Of a stretch of 64,000 nt of DNA, positions 10,685 through 20,681 are shown piece after piece. How positions within the stretch are numbered: the first letter of the stretch is position 1; the number at the start of each line of letters is the position of its first letter. The translations under genes and the position numbers were made by a program. The DNA comes from Candidatus Poribacteria bacterium (GTDB taxonomy: Bacteria; Poribacteria; WGA-4E; GCA-2687025). The stretch spans positions 2,176,001 through 2,240,000 of the forward strand of contig OY762492.1 in assembly GCA_963665845.2 (NCBI GenBank). The letters run 5' to 3'. Below the pieces are notes generated by a model, which saw only the letters and a program-made list of their open reading frames with translations, did not search any database and was not told where the DNA came from.

Positions 10685-11467
10685 ATGCGCGATTACAACG
10701 AGATCGTCCAGCGGATTCAACATGTTTTACCGCAGAAAGAGCGCGCCGAGATCATCGGACGCGCGGACGGGTTTGACATCTATTCAGCGAAAATCGGGCA
10801 TGCGGACGGGTTCCCGCGCCTGCTTGTCATCGGTGGAACGCACGGAGACGAGCCGGCGGGCGTCGAGGCGGCGCTGCGGATTCTGGAAGCGGAACCGCCC
10901 CTCTCAACCGACGCGCGCATACAGGTTCTGCCGTGCGTCAACCCGCATGGATACACGCGCAATGAGCGGCTCAACCGCGCGGGAGTCGACCTGAACTGGT
11001 CGTTCCACCGCCCGGAGCTGCCGGAGATTGCGGCAGTTCGGCGGGCTATCGACAGGCGGCGGTACGACGCCGTTCTGGATCTGCATGAGGATTGGGAAAG
11101 CCCAGGGTTTTACATGTACGAGGTGTCGCGGCGGGGTTATATCGGCGAGGCGGTCGCGCGCGCCGTCTCCAAAGTATGCCCGATCAACCAGAGCGGCGTC
11201 ATCGAGGGAGACGCGGCAAGCGGCGGCATTCTGCGTCCAGACCCGCATGCGCCGAGGCGGGAAGCGCGCGGATACGGCATTCCGATCGCGCTGTATGACC
11301 GGCACACCGACCTTTACATCACAACCGAGACGCCGACCGGGGCGGCGATGGCGGTTCGCGTGGAGGCGCATCTGGTCGCGGCGCAGACGGTACTTCAGGA
11401 GCTTTCAAAAGAGCGGACGGAGCGCAAAACGGAGCGTAAAAAGCGCGGCGACAGCGGCAATCGCTAA
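10685..11467 (+). CDS. M14 metallocarboxypeptidase / succinylglutamate desuccinylase-like protein
   Basis: GGTHGDEPAG, NPHG, DLN, LDLHED zinc-binding motifs; 4 bp after sucD. Confidence 0.8.
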   Translation: MRDYNEIVQRIQHVLPQKERAEIIGRADGFDIYSAKIGHADGFPRLLVIGGTHGDEPAGVEAALRILEAEPPLSTDARIQVLPCVNPHGYTRNERLNRAGVDLNWSFHRPELPEIAAVRRAIDRRRYDAVLDLHEDWESPGFYMYEVSRRGYIGEAVARAVSKVCPINQSGVIEGDAASGGILRPDPHAPRREARGYGIPIALYDRHTDLYITTETPTGAAMAVRVEAHLVAAQTVLQELSKERTERKTERKKRGDSGNR

Positions 11468-12001
11468 AAACGTCCGCCGTTCGACGTAGAGCGCGCGGCG
11501 CAGGGACGGCTTCACCCGCGCGGCGTCCGGCGGCGGCTTCACAAAACGCGGAAACCAGCGCGGCGTTCGGGCGCAGTATTGTTCATACGCGCCGCCGAAT
11601 GCGTCGCGCATGCGGGACTCCTCCCAGCGAACGACAGGGATATACTGCGCGAAAAACAGCGCCGCCGCGACCGCCAAAAGCCAGAGACGCCCGCTCATCC
11701 ATGCCGCGCCGAGCGTCAAAAACAGGTTGCCGATATACAGCGGGTTGCGCATATGCGCGAACGGACCGGAGACGATGAGACGGGCGCCGGGCTGGTCGCC
11801 GCGCGTCCTTGAAATTCCGCCGATATGCGCGTTCGCCCAGATGCGCAGCGCCTCGCCGAGGCACATCAGGACAGCGCCGGTCAGCAGGGAAGCGGCGGTC
11901 GGACGCGCGAGCAGCAGAAAAAGCAGTATCGGCGGCCATGGCGTCCAGCTGCGTCGGCGGAAGAGAAAACCGCCGACCGTTTCGATGAAGGCGGGGGGCA
12001 T
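11405..12001 (-). CDS. Isoprenylcysteine carboxylmethyltransferase / PEMT family membrane protein
   Basis: LIVSGPFAHMRNPLYIG, EE...FG..Y..Y...TPRWFP motifs. Confidence 0.85.
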   Translation of the reverse strand: MPPAFIETVGGFLFRRRSWTPWPPILLFLLLARPTAASLLTGAVLMCLGEALRIWANAHIGGISRTRGDQPGARLIVSGPFAHMRNPLYIGNLFLTLGAAWMSGRLWLLAVAAALFFAQYIPVVRWEESRMRDAFGGAYEQYCARTPRWFPRFVKPPPDAARVKPSLRRALYVERRTFLAIAAVAALFTLRFALRPLF

Positions 12002-12074
12002 GCGGACGGCTCCATTTTTCTAGGTAAAATAAATGTAGCGCGCCGAATGCTGAAGGCAAAGCGGGTTTGCGCTG

Positions 12075-12313
12075 CCATTCCCGCGCTTAAACCCCCCTTC
12101 CCCCCTTACAAAGGGGGGAGTCCAGAAAGCCCCCCTTGAAAAGGGGGGTTTGGGGGGTTTTCCGCGCCACCGAAACCGTCCGCGTTCACCATAAGCGTCC
12201 AGCAGCACAATTCGTCATTCCCGCGCAAGCGGGAATCTTAGGCGCCGCAGAAAACGTCCGCCCTTGCGGTAAGACGCCATGCCGGCATGCCCCAACTCAA
12301 GCGCCGACATCAG
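12075..12313. repeat. Repeat mosaic: C/G-run hairpins, REP and half MITE
   Basis: CCCCCTTACAAAGGGGG, CCCCCTTGAAAAGGGGG, CGTCATTCCCGCGCAAGCGGGAATC, ATGCCCCAACT...ATCAG end. Confidence 0.75.
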
Positions 12314-12332
12314 ACTCGCCAGACGCTTTCTT

Positions 12333-13235
12333 TTAATCGCCTTCTTCATTTACAGAAAAATAGTCTCGGTTTATCTGCTTAATGTCGTAAGATTTTTGCG
12401 TCTGAACGCCAATGCCGTTCTCGATCATCAGCTTCACAAGTTGCTTGCCGTCAATAAGGACGATCCTTTTATCGCTTCGTTTCGCTTCTTCTCTACATTG
12501 TTTGGAGAAGTTTGCTGTTGTGATAAAAAAGCCCTTTTGCGCGCCCTGGACGCCCAAGGATCCCGCAAACTCTCGAACAAGTTTGGGGCTAACGGTCGCG
12601 TCTTGCCGCTTTGCTTGAACATAAATCATGTCGAGACCCAGTTTGTCCTCTTTGATGGTCCCGTCAATTCCGCCGTCGCCGCTGCGCCCTACGGCTTCAG
12701 CGTCCGCTCGAGAGCCGCCGTACCCAAGTTCCACCAGCACATCCAAAACCAGCTCTTCAAAAAATTCTGGGGGATTGTCCATAATGCGCTGTAAAAGTTC
12801 CGTTTCAAGCCGTTCTTGAATCGTTCGATAACTGCGCTCAATCGCAACTTCAGGCGCTTCAGCCGACTGCGATTCTTCAGGCGCTTCATCGGGCAACGAT
12901 TCTTCAGAATCTGCCGATTCTAGAACGGGCGAATCGATTTTGGCGACCACTCCGGGCTTGATTTTCAGAAGACGCCCCGACTTAACCAACCGATAGGCAA
13001 CGTCATAGACAACCATTTTCCAAACAAGGCTACCGCTTTTATATTTGGCATTTCGCTGCTCATCTGTCAGGCTGAATCGATCTGCAAATTGATCCGCAAT
13101 GTCCTTGGTATGAATGCCGGCGGCAGGATAATTAAAATCGATCAAAGCTTGTTCCACGACAGAATTCGCCGGGAATTCCATCGGTTCTTCTTCATTCGTG
13201 TCTGGGTTGAAGATCCTTCGCGTCGTCGTATCCAT
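12333..13235 (-). CDS. mrr: Mrr family (Type IV, modification-dependent) restriction endonuclease
   Basis: N-terminal Mrr_N-like region; FFEELVLDVL..LGYGG, DGGIDG, IYVQAKR, GFFITTANFS, IVLIDG motifs; AT-richer than flanks. Confidence 0.9.
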   Translation of the reverse strand: MDTTTRRIFNPDTNEEEPMEFPANSVVEQALIDFNYPAAGIHTKDIADQFADRFSLTDEQRNAKYKSGSLVWKMVVYDVAYRLVKSGRLLKIKPGVVAKIDSPVLESADSEESLPDEAPEESQSAEAPEVAIERSYRTIQERLETELLQRIMDNPPEFFEELVLDVLVELGYGGSRADAEAVGRSGDGGIDGTIKEDKLGLDMIYVQAKRQDATVSPKLVREFAGSLGVQGAQKGFFITTANFSKQCREEAKRSDKRIVLIDGKQLVKLMIENGIGVQTQKSYDIKQINRDYFSVNEEGD

Positions 13236-13306
13236 ATGCTCTTTCCCTGTCGCTTTACTCGCTTAATATGATTGGCAAATTCAGCGCGCTTGTCAAGTAT
13301 GATGCT

Positions 13307-13496
13307 CTGACCTTAGCGCTTTAGTTGGGACATGCCGTCTGGGGAACGAGGACGGTTTCTGCGGCGCCTCTAGATTCCCGCTTACGCGGGAATGCATGCC
13401 CTCGCGTAAGCGGGGGACGACCTGGTTGATGACGCTTTTTTCCCATGAATAGCGCGGTTATTCGTTTAAATGTCCCGACTTTCAGCATGAGGTCAG
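13307..13496 (-). mobile_element. MITE, 190-bp variant
   Basis: TIRs CTGACCTTAGCGCTTTAGTTGGGACAT / ATGTCCCGACTTTCAGCATGAGGTCAG with central REP; a second variant copy follows at about 13497-13637. Confidence 0.8.
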
Positions 13497-13733
13497 GGCT
13501 GTTTTGGAATGCGGAGGTTGTCTAGGAAAACTCTGGATTCCCGCTTGCGCGGGAATGACGATTTGGTTGGCGAAGCCTTTTTCCCATGAATAGAGGCTTT
13601 GTTCGTTCAGATGTGCCTATTTTCTGCAGGAGGTCGGGTCCCGCGCTTGACGCGCCCGCCGCCGCATGCCAAAATAAAACCGCCGCAAAGAAAAAGCGGC
13701 AAACCGACTGAACCAAAACGGAGGCGAAGAAAC

Positions 13734-14876
13734 ATGCGGCGCGTTCTCATCGCGTTGTGGGCTGCGGCGGCGCTGATCGGGTGCAATCAACTTCAAGACA
13801 TCCTTGACCCGTCGGACGGCTCCGACGCGGTCAAAATCGGCTTCCTCGTCTCTGGGGAGCGGGATGAGTATTTGAACGGGGCGCAGCTCGCCGCCGCTGA
13901 AATCAACCAAAACGGCGGGCTGCTCGGACGGCGGGTCGAACTGGACGCGCAGCTCCGCATCGATACGGCAGACGCCGCCGTCGAAGCCGCTTCGCGCATG
14001 ATACAGGAGGGCGCCGTTGCGCTCATCGGTCCGAACCGTTCGACGCATGCGGTTCCGGTCGGCGAGCTGGCGCAAGCGCATCGAATCCCGATGATCGCGA
14101 CGACAGCGACAAACCCGAACGTGACGAACGCGGGCGATTTTGTGTTTATGGCGGCCTTCACGGACGCTTTTCAGGGCGGCGCGATGGCGCAGTTTGCCAG
14201 AGAGACGCTGAATATCGGCTCCGCCGCGGTCATCGCGCGCAGCGGCGATCTTTACACGGAGGGGGTGTCCGAGTTTTTTGCCGACCATTTCCGCGCGCTC
14301 GGCGGAGAGATTGCGGCGCATGAATTCCATGAACCGGACGCGGACGACTTCTCGGCGCCGTTGAGCGTTATCGCCGCGGCGTCGCCGGACGCGCTTTTCA
14401 TCGCCGGCTTTATCGGCGATGTCGCGCGCGTCACCCGTCAGGCGCGGGAGACGCCGATTCAAAACGCGCAGGGCGAACCGACCGTCTTTCTCGGCGCCGA
14501 CTCATGGGACAATGAGCAGCTGTTCAACGACGAAAACGCCAAGCTCGAAGGCAGTTACTTCAGCGGACATTTTTCAGCGGATACGGATGAGCCGACCGCG
14601 CGCGCCTTCGTGGAGGCGTATGAGGCGGTCTACGGCGAAAAGCCGATCGGGGGCGTCGCCGTCAGTTATGACGCCGTCAAGCTGTTTGCCGAGGCGGCGG
14701 AGCGCGCCGGCAGTTTCGACCCTGTCAAGATCCGCGGTCAGATCGCCGCAACGGAGAATTACATGGGCGGAACGATCATCGCGCGGTACAACGAAAACCG
14801 CCATCCGACGAAGAGCGCCGTCGTCTTCACGATACGCGGCGGCGACAAAGAGTTTCTGCGGCAGATCAACCCTTGA
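13734..14876 (+). CDS. Branched-chain amino acid ABC transporter substrate-binding lipoprotein (LivJ/K-like)
   Basis: Lipobox LIGC; AAAEINQNGGLLGR, TATNPNVT, YDAVKL motifs. Confidence 0.88.
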   Translation: MRRVLIALWAAAALIGCNQLQDILDPSDGSDAVKIGFLVSGERDEYLNGAQLAAAEINQNGGLLGRRVELDAQLRIDTADAAVEAASRMIQEGAVALIGPNRSTHAVPVGELAQAHRIPMIATTATNPNVTNAGDFVFMAAFTDAFQGGAMAQFARETLNIGSAAVIARSGDLYTEGVSEFFADHFRALGGEIAAHEFHEPDADDFSAPLSVIAAASPDALFIAGFIGDVARVTRQARETPIQNAQGEPTVFLGADSWDNEQLFNDENAKLEGSYFSGHFSADTDEPTARAFVEAYEAVYGEKPIGGVAVSYDAVKLFAEAAERAGSFDPVKIRGQIAATENYMGGTIIARYNENRHPTKSAVVFTIRGGDKEFLRQINP

Positions 14877-14956
14877 GGAGCGCGCGGCGACTCGGTCAAG
14901 GGCGCGTTCATGACCCCCGTTTTCACAGGGGCAGGCTCATGGGGCGGCGGGATCGT

Positions 14957-15655
14957 CTAGCGGAGCGTGTAGCGCAAAAACAGGTCGTCTCCAGCGATGC
15001 GCACCGAGGCGAGCTTTAGCTGAACAAGCTTTTCAAGCGGCAGCCCCTGTCCGCCGACGGGCGTCGGCAGCTGTCCGCCGATGAGGCATGGCGACACGGT
15101 CAGCAGAACTTCATCCACGCAGCCCGCCTCCAAAAACGCGCCGTTCAGTTGCGCCCCGCCTTCCAGCAGGATGCGCCGCGCCCCGTATTCTTGACGCAGA
15201 ATTTCTACGGCGCGGCGCGGGTTGACGGAACGCTCCCCCGTCCGACGAACCTGCGCGACCGCCTTCAAAGCGCGCTCCCGTTCGGGATCGATGATGTCTG
15301 CGCAGAAGACGACGGCGGGCGATTCATGTCCAAAAAAAAGGCGCGCGTCGGGCGGAACATTCCCTCTCCCGCTGACGACCGCCCGGAGCGGCGTCGCCCA
15401 TCGACCGGCGCGCCGCCGTTTTTCTTTTATGCTTTTGGGCAGCCAGAACGCCGGGTTGTCGTCCGCCGCGGTTCCGGCGCCGATGAGTACCGCGTCCGCG
15501 TCGGCGCGCATTTGGCGCAGAAGCGCCTTGTCGTTGTCGGAGGCGAAGCGCGGGCCGGCGTTGTCGGCGGTTGTGATCTTGCCGTCAACGCTTGCAACGG
15601 CAATCAGAACAACCCGCGCGGGCGCGGCGGCGGAGCCGGTTCGTTCCATACGCAT
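14957..15655 (-). CDS. RibD C-terminal / dihydrofolate reductase family protein
   Basis: ASVDGKI, ADAVLIGAGT..DNP, ILLEGGAQLN..FL..GCVDEV motifs; start uncertain (15655 or 15649). Confidence 0.85.
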   Translation of the reverse strand: MRMERTGSAAAPARVVLIAVASVDGKITTADNAGPRFASDNDKALLRQMRADADAVLIGAGTAADDNPAFWLPKSIKEKRRRAGRWATPLRAVVSGRGNVPPDARLFFGHESPAVVFCADIIDPERERALKAVAQVRRTGERSVNPRRAVEILRQEYGARRILLEGGAQLNGAFLEAGCVDEVLLTVSPCLIGGQLPTPVGGQGLPLEKLVQLKLASVRIAGDDLFLRYTLR

Positions 15656-16008
15656 CTCAGCTGGTCGTTTTGCGCGATCATGGCGCGCATGCGGGCGCGC
15701 GGCTTGTCGGCGCCGTTCCAATACACAAGGATGTCTTCGCCGGCGGGTTCCAGGAGCTGCCGTTTGGCGAGCGTCTCCAGTTCGTCCAGCGAGGCGATGC
15801 GGCGCCGGGGCGCGTTCCGCCGTTCGCTGTCGATCCAGATGTAGCGCAGCCCGCCCTGCGCGTCGGGGCGTATTTCAAGGCGCATCCAGAGCCGCCCGTC
15901 GATCTCCCAGCGCATGTCAACCCGCCCCGCCGCCTCGTCTCCGAGCCATGCGCGGAAGCGGCTGTCCATTTCGATCAGTCCGTCTGTCGGGGGGCGCGTT
16001 GAGAGCAT
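15604..16008 (-). CDS. Hypothetical protein
   Basis: Natural-looking ORF upstream of and overlapping the RibD-like gene; no family recognised; start uncertain. Confidence 0.5.
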   Translation of the reverse strand: MLSTRPPTDGLIEMDSRFRAWLGDEAAGRVDMRWEIDGRLWMRLEIRPDAQGGLRYIWIDSERRNAPRRRIASLDELETLAKRQLLEPAGEDILVYWNGADKPRARMRAMIAQNDQLRCVWNEPAPPPRPRGLF

Positions 16009-16149
16009 CGTTCGTTTCCGTGTTTGGGGCGCGTTGATATTCATGATAATGCAGTTTGGGCTGCGTGTCGAGTTTTCAACTTGCGGATTGGACGCATTCG
16101 GCGTATGATACGGATGTCAGGGCAGCGGATGATCGATACATTTCATACC

Positions 16150-18045
16150 ATGAAGGGCGCGCTTGTGCAAAAAGTTGCCGCAGGATGGAGCGTTTTACTG
16201 TTGATCGGCTGGGCGGCGTTTGCTGTCAGCCAGGAGAGCGGAGACGAGAGCGGAGACAAGAACGGCGAGGTTCCCGTCTACCGCTCGCATGCGATCGCGA
16301 TGCATGGATCGCCCAAATACCCCGCCGGCTTCGCCTACTTTGATTATGTGAGTCCGAGCGCGCCGGTCGGCGGCAGCATCACATTGAGCGCATACGGCGC
16401 TTACAACAGCTTCAACCCGTATATCTTGAAAGGCAGACCGCCCGCCGCGGGCATCGGGCGTCTGTTTGAATCGCTCACCGTCTCATCCAGCGACGAGCCG
16501 TTCACCGAATACGGACTGCTGGCGGAGACGATTGAATGGCCTGAAGACCGCTCCTGGGTCGCCTACACGCTCCGCCCCGAAGCGCGCTGGCATGACGGCA
16601 AGCCTGTCACGGTGGAGGATGTGATCTGGACGCTGGAGATCTTTAAAACAAAGGCGCATCCGTTCTACCGAACCTATTTTGGCGCGATCGCTTCAGCCGA
16701 AAAAACGGGCGACCGCAAGGTTCTCTTCAAGTTCCAAGGTCCGCCGAACCCCGAACTCCCGCTCATCGCAGGGCAGATGTCCATACTGCCGAAGCATTAC
16801 TGGGAGACGCGCGACTTTGAAGAGCCGCTGAAGGAGCCGCCCCTCGGAAGCGGACCGTATAAGATCAAGCAGTTCGACTTCGGCGCCTCCGTCACCTATG
16901 AGCGCGTGGACGATTACTGGGGATGGAACGTTCCCGCGCAGGTCGGGCAGCACAACTTCCAAGAGATACAGTATGTGTATTTTCGAGAAGAAAATGTGAT
17001 GCGGGAAAGCCTAAGAGCCGGCAACATCGACTTCTTTTTAGAAAACACCTCGAAAGAGTGGTCGACAGGGTACGACATCCCCGCCGTGAAAGAAGGCAGG
17101 CTTGTCAAGCGTTTCATTCCGAACGATCTGCCGCAGGGGATGCAGTCGTATGCGTTCAATACGCGCCGAGAGATCTTCGCAGACGCAAAGACGCGGGAAG
17201 CGCTCGCTTACGCCTTCGATTTTGAGTGGACGAACGCGAACCTGTTTTACGACGCCTACACCCGCTCGCGCAGCTATTTCTCCAACACGGAGCTGGCGAG
17301 CGATGGCTTGCCGACCGGCGAGGAGCTGAAGATCTTGGAGGGCATGAGGGACAAGATACCGCCGCGCGTCTTCACGGAGACCTACGCGCCGCCTGTTACG
17401 GACGGGTCGGGCAACCTGCGCGGCAATCTGCGGACGGCGCTGCGCCTGCTGCGCGAGGCGGGCTGGCAGATCGTGGACGGCGTCTTGACGCATCCAGAAA
17501 AAGGGCTGGAGATGGAGTTTGAAATCTTGCTGGTGAGCGAGGGGTTTGAGCGCATCTCCCTTCCGTTTGCGGCAAATCTGGAAAAGCTGGGCGTCAAGGC
17601 GACCGTGCGGACCGTCGACACGGCGCAGTACCAGAACCGCATGGACGAGTTCGACTACGACATGGCGGTCGGCTCTTGGGGGCAGTCGTTGTCGCCGGGG
17701 AATGAGCAGCGGTCGATGTGGCATTCGTCGCAGGCGGATGTGCCGGGGTCGCGCAATCTGGTCGGCATACGCAATCCGGCGGTGGATGAGCTGGTGGAGC
17801 TGGTCATCACGGCGCCGAATCGGGAGAGCCTGGTGGCGCGGACGCGCGCCCTAGACCGCGTTCTGTTATGGAACCATTATGTGATTCCGCAGTGGCATAT
17901 CACGGCGTTTCGAGTCCTGTATTGGGACAAGTTCGGCATGCCGGAGATGCGCCCAAAATACGCCCTCGGCTTCGATGCTTGGTGGATCGACGCGGCGCGG
18001 GAGACCGCCCTGAACGGCGGAAAAACGGCGCCGACAGAGCCATAA
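16150..18045 (+). CDS. ABC transporter extracellular solute-binding protein, family 5 (YejA-like)
   Basis: HAIAMHGSPKYP, FDYVSP, YGLLAE, ARWHDGKPVT, PLGSGPY, RALDRVLLWNHYVIP; start uncertain. Confidence 0.9.
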   Translation: MKGALVQKVAAGWSVLLLIGWAAFAVSQESGDESGDKNGEVPVYRSHAIAMHGSPKYPAGFAYFDYVSPSAPVGGSITLSAYGAYNSFNPYILKGRPPAAGIGRLFESLTVSSSDEPFTEYGLLAETIEWPEDRSWVAYTLRPEARWHDGKPVTVEDVIWTLEIFKTKAHPFYRTYFGAIASAEKTGDRKVLFKFQGPPNPELPLIAGQMSILPKHYWETRDFEEPLKEPPLGSGPYKIKQFDFGASVTYERVDDYWGWNVPAQVGQHNFQEIQYVYFREENVMRESLRAGNIDFFLENTSKEWSTGYDIPAVKEGRLVKRFIPNDLPQGMQSYAFNTRREIFADAKTREALAYAFDFEWTNANLFYDAYTRSRSYFSNTELASDGLPTGEELKILEGMRDKIPPRVFTETYAPPVTDGSGNLRGNLRTALRLLREAGWQIVDGVLTHPEKGLEMEFEILLVSEGFERISLPFAANLEKLGVKATVRTVDTAQYQNRMDEFDYDMAVGSWGQSLSPGNEQRSMWHSSQADVPGSRNLVGIRNPAVDELVELVITAPNRESLVARTRALDRVLLWNHYVIPQWHITAFRVLYWDKFGMPEMRPKYALGFDAWWIDAARETALNGGKTAPTEP

Positions 18046-18054
18046 GAAGCCGCC

Positions 18055-18942
18055 ATGGGAAACCTTTGGCAGCAGCTGAAAGACCTTAAGTTTCAGATAC
18101 CGCTGGGCGGCGATAACAGCGTCGGCGTGTTGAACCTGCTCGGCGCGGCGCTCATTCTGTTCCTGGCGTATCTGTTGTCGCGTCTGGCGCGTCGGGCGAT
18201 TCGGCGCGGGCTGGCGCGCGTGGAGGAACACCGCCGCTTTCTGATACAGCGCGCGGCGCACTGGGCGATACTGGCGCTGAGCGCGCTGGTCGCGTTCAAC
18301 ATTCTCGGTTTGAACCTGACGAGCCTGATGGTGGTACTCGGCGGGTTGAGCCTCGGCATCGGACTCGGTTTGCAGAACGCCGCGTCGAACCTGATCGGAG
18401 GCGTCATCTTGATTCTGGAGCGCCCGTTCAAGATCGGCGACCTGATCGAGGCGGAGCTGCCGAACGGGAGCGTCTTCGGGCGCGTTGCGCATATCGGGCT
18501 GCGGTCGACGGTGATTGCGGCGCTGGACGCCAAGGAGCTGATCATTCCAAACTCGAAGCTGCTGTCGGAGACGATTCACAACTTGACGCATGCGGATCGA
18601 TATTTTCGCGTTCAGATACTGGTCGGGGCGGCGTACGGCTCCGACGTTCAGCTGGTGAAACAGACGCTGCTGGAAGCGGCGGCTGAGAATCCAGACGTCG
18701 TTCAAGAGATGCCCGCGGATGTGGAAAACAATCAGATCGCGCCGCCGCTGGTGCGGTTCGCGGCGTTTGGGGAGTCGTCGCTTCAGTTTGAGCTGCTGGT
18801 CTGGATCGCCGATTCGTTCAAGCGTTTTGACATTGCGAGCGACCTGCATTTTTCGATACTGGAGCGGTTTCGGGAGCGGGGGATTGAGATACCGTTTCCG
18901 CAGCGGGTTGTGCATCTGCCTTCAACATACGAATCCGAATGA
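18055..18942 (+). CDS. Small-conductance mechanosensitive channel (MscS family)
   Basis: GIGLGLQN, ERPFKIGD, IIPNS, GIEIPFPQR motifs. Confidence 0.92.
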   Translation: MGNLWQQLKDLKFQIPLGGDNSVGVLNLLGAALILFLAYLLSRLARRAIRRGLARVEEHRRFLIQRAAHWAILALSALVAFNILGLNLTSLMVVLGGLSLGIGLGLQNAASNLIGGVILILERPFKIGDLIEAELPNGSVFGRVAHIGLRSTVIAALDAKELIIPNSKLLSETIHNLTHADRYFRVQILVGAAYGSDVQLVKQTLLEAAAENPDVVQEMPADVENNQIAPPLVRFAAFGESSLQFELLVWIADSFKRFDIASDLHFSILERFRERGIEIPFPQRVVHLPSTYESE

Positions 18943-19680
18943 CGTTTTAGCGGCGTTTCTATACTCTCCCCCTTGAAAAAGGGGCGGGGTTTGGCGCGCG
19001 GGTTGGAGCTGGTTTGAACTAGGATTTTCAGGATGGATAAGATGAAAGGATTTTGGGCAGTCTCTATAGGCGATGATTTCGATTTTTAGAGCGGCGTTTA
19101 GAATGCGGAGGCTGTCTGGAAGAACTCTGGATTCCCGTTTTCACGGGGGCAGGCTATGGGGGAGCGGGGGCTTTCTGAACTCCCCCCTTGAAAAGGGGGG
19201 CTGGGGGGGTTTCGCCGACGCGAACAGCGTCGGCGGCGCCCCTGGATTCCCGCGCGTTTTATCGCAGGGGCGGGAATGACGATCTGACAGGCGGAGCCTT
19301 AGACATTCGCTGACATCATGCAGAAAGTTGGGACATTTGAACCGACGATCTCTCTATTCATGGGAAAAAGGCGCCGCCAACCAGACCGTCATTCCCGCGT
19401 AAGCGGGAATCTAGAGTCTACCCCGAAACCGTTCGCGTTCACAACCAGAATTGTCCCGACTCTAAGGGTGAGGTCAGGGTTTTCAGCGCTGGTTGAGGTC
19501 TGTTTTGAACTAGGATTGAAGGATGATTAAGATTGCCAAGATGAGCGGGGCGCAGGAATTTTCTTGGCAATCTTTTCAATCTTGGCAATCCTAGTTCAGA
19601 CAACAACAGCGGTTAAGATTCCTGCGCGTTTCACCGCACGGGCGGGAATGACGGTTTGGTTGGCGGCGCGGACGCTTCAG
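18943..19680. repeat. About 740-bp non-coding repeat mosaic containing a complete 168-bp MITE (19310-19477)
   Basis: C/G-run hairpins, arm element (about 19055-19140), MITE with TIRs, long inverted repeat 19506-19598. Confidence 0.8.
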
Positions 19681-19696
19681 GGTTAAAACATGGCGC

Positions 19697-19724
19697 TTGA
19701 CACGCCGCGCGTTGATGTTATATT
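19697..19724 (+). promoter_or_regulatory. sigma70-type promoter of the DUF58 gene
   Basis: TTGACA-N16-TATATT with TG extension. Confidence 0.55.
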
Positions 19725-19757
19725 ACGTGCAGTAACAGGCAATAAACGGGAAGCTCT

Positions 19758-20630
19758 ATGGAGGAATCCTACCGACAGCATCTTGTGAACGGGGAGCGGG
19801 CGGGCGCGCGGTATGTGTTGAACGCGCCGCGCATCGTCCCGTTGGGCGCCGCCGGCGACCAGCTCGCCAAACGGGCGGGCAGCTCCTTGGAGTTCATCGA
19901 CCGGCGCGAATATCAGCCCGGCGACGATCTGCGCGCCATCGACTGGAGCGGATTCGCCCGAAGCGACAAGCTGATTGTGAAACTGTACCGGGACGAGGTC
20001 TCCCCCCACGCGGACATCATTCTAGACGGCTCCCGCTCCATGAACTTAGAAGGGACGCGCAAGGCGGAAGCGGCGCTCGGCTTGTCCGCGGCGTTTGCGG
20101 CGGCGGCTTTCAACGCCGGCTACTCCGCCTCGGCATGGGTCGCCGCGAACGGGTACCGCCCTGTTGAAAACGGCTCTTCCCGCCCGTCCATCTGGGACGG
20201 CATCGACTTCGACTATGACGGCAGCCCCGCCGATTCGTTTCGGCGCGCCGCCCCCAGATGGCGACCCTACGGCATTCGCATACTGATCAGCGACCTGCTC
20301 TGGCTCGGCGACCCGATGGAGACCTTGAGCCGCATCGCCGAGCGGGCGTCCGCGGTGGTCGTCGTTCAAACGCTGGCGGAGAGCGACATCGCCACGCCGG
20401 AGCGCGGCAATGTGCGCTTTGTCGACTCCGAAACGGGAGAGATGCAGGAAATTTTTCTAGACGCGGGCGCGTTGGCGCGCTACCGTAACGCCCTTGCGCG
20501 TCATCAGGAGCGGTGGCATACTGCTTGCCGTCAGGCGGGCGCTGTCATGACGACTGCAACCGCCGAAGAGACCGCTTCCGAATGGAAACTGGACGCTCTC
20601 GTCAAAGCGGAGGTTCTCCAAGTTGCATAA
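19758..20630 (+). CDS. DUF58 domain-containing protein (MoxR-associated)
   Basis: GSSLEFIDRREYQPGDDLRAIDW, LDGSRSM, LISDL motifs. Confidence 0.92.
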   Translation: MEESYRQHLVNGERAGARYVLNAPRIVPLGAAGDQLAKRAGSSLEFIDRREYQPGDDLRAIDWSGFARSDKLIVKLYRDEVSPHADIILDGSRSMNLEGTRKAEAALGLSAAFAAAAFNAGYSASAWVAANGYRPVENGSSRPSIWDGIDFDYDGSPADSFRRAAPRWRPYGIRILISDLLWLGDPMETLSRIAERASAVVVVQTLAESDIATPERGNVRFVDSETGEMQEIFLDAGALARYRNALARHQERWHTACRQAGAVMTTATAEETASEWKLDALVKAEVLQVA

Positions 20631-20681
20631 CGCATTCAACCATTCAAGGCGCTTTTGAAGTCCATCAAGAAAGGACGCTAC

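Noticed and set aside
11405-11467. 63-bp convergent overlap as a regulatory feature
   Set aside because: The peptidase tail is low-complexity basic sequence, most simply stop-codon drift.
19318-19530. Recurring MITE peptide MxKVGTFE...FMGKRRRQP as a real protein
   Set aside because: The 44003-44170 copy has an in-frame TGA, the 190-bp class shifts frame, and no RBS is evident.
18943-19757. Riboswitch or known ncRNA upstream of the DUF58/TonB receptor genes
   Set aside because: Sequence is explained by repeat families seen elsewhere in the window; I recognised no cobalamin or TPP motifs, though an Rfam scan is needed to exclude them.
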